This document shows positions 61,621-64,000 of a DNA stretch of 64,000 nucleotides, piece by piece (within the stretch, counting starts at the first letter, position 1; every line of letters starts with the position of its first letter). The notes beneath the pieces were generated by a model. It was not told where the DNA came from. It ran no database searches and saw nothing but the letters and a program-made list of their open reading frames with translations. A program made the position numbers and the translations under genes. Source of the DNA: Mobula birostris (Eukaryota); assembly GCF_030028105.1 (NCBI RefSeq), contig NC_092375.1, forward strand, positions 44,801,130 through 44,865,129, written 5' to 3'.

Positions 61621-61816
61621 TAACTTTCAACATTTATTTGTTTTAAAGTCTTAGAGTAATGCATTTCCTCAATGTTATTGGATTGTTACTGAATATTTTG
61701 AAAATGTTTTAAACTTCAGGAACAAGAGATTTTCTGGAATGGTTTAAAGTGTAAATAGCTTGTGTGTTTTAATTGTGTAAAATGTGGCCACGTGTGAGTT
61801 CACTTGAAAGTGTGTG

Positions 61817-61829
61817 TGAGTGAGAGAGT

Positions 61830-61871
<42 letters not shown>
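61817..61871. repeat. Compound (GA)n(GACA)n microsatellite
   Basis: Seen directly. Confidence 0.9.
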
Positions 61872-61872
<1 letters not shown>

Positions 61873-62437
61873 CTTGGTTCTTTGCAAAATTTATAAAAGT
61901 TTTTCATGGTGGCAATTAACTGTTCTAAGTTTTGCATTTACTTGCAGAAGATTTTGAAGGAAAAACAGAGCAAGCATGGAGTTTTGAGTTTTGTTTTGTT
62001 TGTGTTTCTTTGTTTTCTGTGGAATTGGTTTGAGGAGAACACAGACTCCACACTGGCCTCGTGTAATCTGGGTTGGGAATGAAATTTGTTCATCTCTATT
62101 CCAGATATGACATGCCCACATTTCAAAGGGAAATGGGCACTCATGGAAATTACATGTTGGTAGACAGTTAAATTTTGCATTTGACTTTAACATTTTGAGA
62201 AGATTTGAATATTTGGGGAGCAATTCTATAAGTTGCTTTTACTAAAAAAACTGCTTCTTTTTATAGAATACAAAATATGTTGCTCCAGACTTTTGACGTA
62301 TTGATTTTGAGTTTGATATCCCTTGGAAAAATAGGTTTGAAGCAAACAATGTTTTGTTATGTAAAGTGCAGATGTAAGTTTAATTTAAATATTGGACTGG
62401 TCCAAACAACATTTCAATATTTCAACTACTACTGGAT

Positions 62438-63373
62438 TGTCATGGTCCGGTCCGTGAAGTCCGCATTCCGGTTCATGGTCCGGTCCGTGGACTCAGGACT
62501 CTGGGTCTTCCAGCTGTCCCTTGTTTGAATTAATCATAGGCACCTGATTCCCATCTTTGGACTTGCAATATAAGTAGCCTTGGGATTGAGTGTGGGCTGC
62601 TGGTTTGTCTTGTCAGTCCCCCTTGGAGCAACCTGCTGATGGAAGGCTAGTGAAACCATTTGTGATCTCCAGGCCTGGTTGGAGGACCACTGCTTCATGG
62701 AGCCTTGTTGCCACTTGTTGGAGTGGTCTTTGTGGTATGGATTTGGCTGTTTCCTGGGCCAGCTGAGTGGCTACCAGCCACTTCAAGCTAGGTAGGGATC
62801 TGGCTGTTTCCATAGCCAGCTGAGGTTTCTGGCCAAACTGAGACTCAGAGCTTCCCTGGAGCAGAGATGGCACTGTCTGTTGTTCTTTGGTGTTTGTCTC
62901 TCTTTGTCCTTGCCTCTGTGGGGTAAGCCAGGCTGTTTTGCTGTTGCCCTGTAGGGGGATCCTTGTCTTGTCCTTGCCTCCGTGGGGTAAGCCAGGCTGT
63001 TTTGCCGTTGCCCTGCGGGGGGATCTGCCTTGTCTTGTCCTTGTCTCTGTGGGGTGAGCCAGGCCATTTTGCCCTTGCCCTGTGGGGGGACCTGTCTTCT
63101 CTTTGCCTCTGTTGAGTAAGTCCAATTGTCCTGCTGTTACCTGATGGAGAGACCTGTCCCACCTTGGTATAGAGATGAAGTTGAGTCCTGGCTTGTCGTA
63201 GGATAAGTCCTGGCTCTATATCTATGTTCTGTCCTGTCTCATGTTTGTGTTGTGTTAAAGATGAGTCCTGGCTTGTCGAAGGATAAGTCCTGGCTCTATG
63301 TTGATGTTCATTTCCTAATCTGTCTCTCAGCTTCAGTCTCTGAGTTATCAGCCTCTGTATTTCAAGATGAAGA
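62438..63373 (+). mobile_element. LTR-like sequence with internal degenerate tandem repeats
   Basis: Begins TGTCATGGTCCGG; TATA-like AATATAAG near 62567; about 63-67-bp repeats x3-4 (62909-63160) and an 80-bp-period duplication (63183/63263). Right end not seen. Confidence 0.4.
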
Positions 63374-64000
63374 CCCCAAGCCTCGACGATCCCGCGGCCA
63401 AGCTCCAAGAACCCGAGCCTCGACGATCCCGCGGCCAAGCTCCAAGAACCCGAGCCTCGACGATCCCGCGGCCAAGCTCCAAGAACCCGAGCCTCGACGA
63501 TCCCGCGGCCAAGCTCCAAGAACCCGAGCCTCGACGATCCCGCGGCCAAGCTCCAAGAACCCGAGCCTCGACGATCCCGCGGCCAAGCTCCAAGAACCCG
63601 AGCCTCGACGATCCCGCGGCCAAGCTCCAAGAACCCGAGCCTCGACGATCCCGCGGCCAAGCTCCAAGAACCCGAGCCTCGACGATCCCGCGGCCAAGCT
63701 CCAAGAACCCGAGCCTCGACGATCCCGCGGCCAAGCTCCAAGAACCCGAGCCTCGACGATCCCGCGGCCAAGCTCCAAGAACCCGAGCCTCGACGATCCC
63801 GCGGCCAAGCTCCAAGAACCCGAGCCTCGACGATCCCGCGGCCAAGCTCCAAGAACCCGAGCCTCGACGATCCCGCGGCCAAGCTCCAAGAACCCGAGCC
63901 TCGACGATCCCGCGGCCAAGCTCCAAGAACCCGAGCCTCGACGATCCCGCGGCCAAGCTCCAAGAACCCGAGCCTCGACGATCCCGCGGCCAAGCTCCAA
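63374..64000. repeat. 37-bp minisatellite, about 17 near-identical copies, runs off the window
   Basis: Unit AAGCTCCAAGAACCCGAGCCTCGACGATCCCGCGGCC. Confidence 0.97.

Noticed and set aside
61620-62430. Possible pol/env continuation of ERV copy 2
   Set aside because: AT-rich with a microsatellite; no protease, RT, RNase H, integrase or env motifs recognised in any frame.
62613-64000. Long ORFs (382, 202, 212, 170 aa) at the window end
   Set aside because: They are translations of stop-free tandem repeats (37-nt unit giving a 37-aa period over three units); no domain signature.
63374-64000. CRISPR-like array (37-bp repeat length)
   Set aside because: Units are contiguous with no spacers, there are no cas genes, and the context is eukaryotic.

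Overview
Vertebrate genomic DNA, not prokaryotic. The repeat families suggest a cartilaginous fish, probably a ray (inference). One host gene lies on the minus strand: an EWI-family immunoglobulin-superfamily gene (IGSF3-like/CD101-like). It has a signal-peptide exon at 50446-50515, a 29.5 kb first intron and seven phase-1 V-set Ig exons between 20890 and 4500 (956 codons spliced in frame). The transmembrane/cytoplasmic exon(s) were not found and probably lie left of the window. Most of the remainder is transposon-derived: Rex1/Babar- and CR1-type LINE fragments, an L1/Tx1 3' end, an R4/Dong-like REL remnant, Penelope-like elements (PLEs) of two kinds, SINEs, and Tc1 and hAT derivatives. Two things stand out. 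(1) PLE terminal repeats carry a minimal type I hammerhead ribozyme motif and recur as short fold-back hairpin insertions, each flanked by a 13-17 bp direct repeat and turning around at the ribozyme. (2) A decayed LTR element (37696-44924; related copy from 58975) has gag and no pol. Its env remnant has a furin site, fusion peptide, heptad region, Cys spacing and TM layout resembling paramyxo/pneumovirus F proteins, i.e. lokiretrovirus-like. The window ends in a homogeneous CpG-rich 37-bp tandem array. All family assignments rest on motif recognition by eye; no searches were run.
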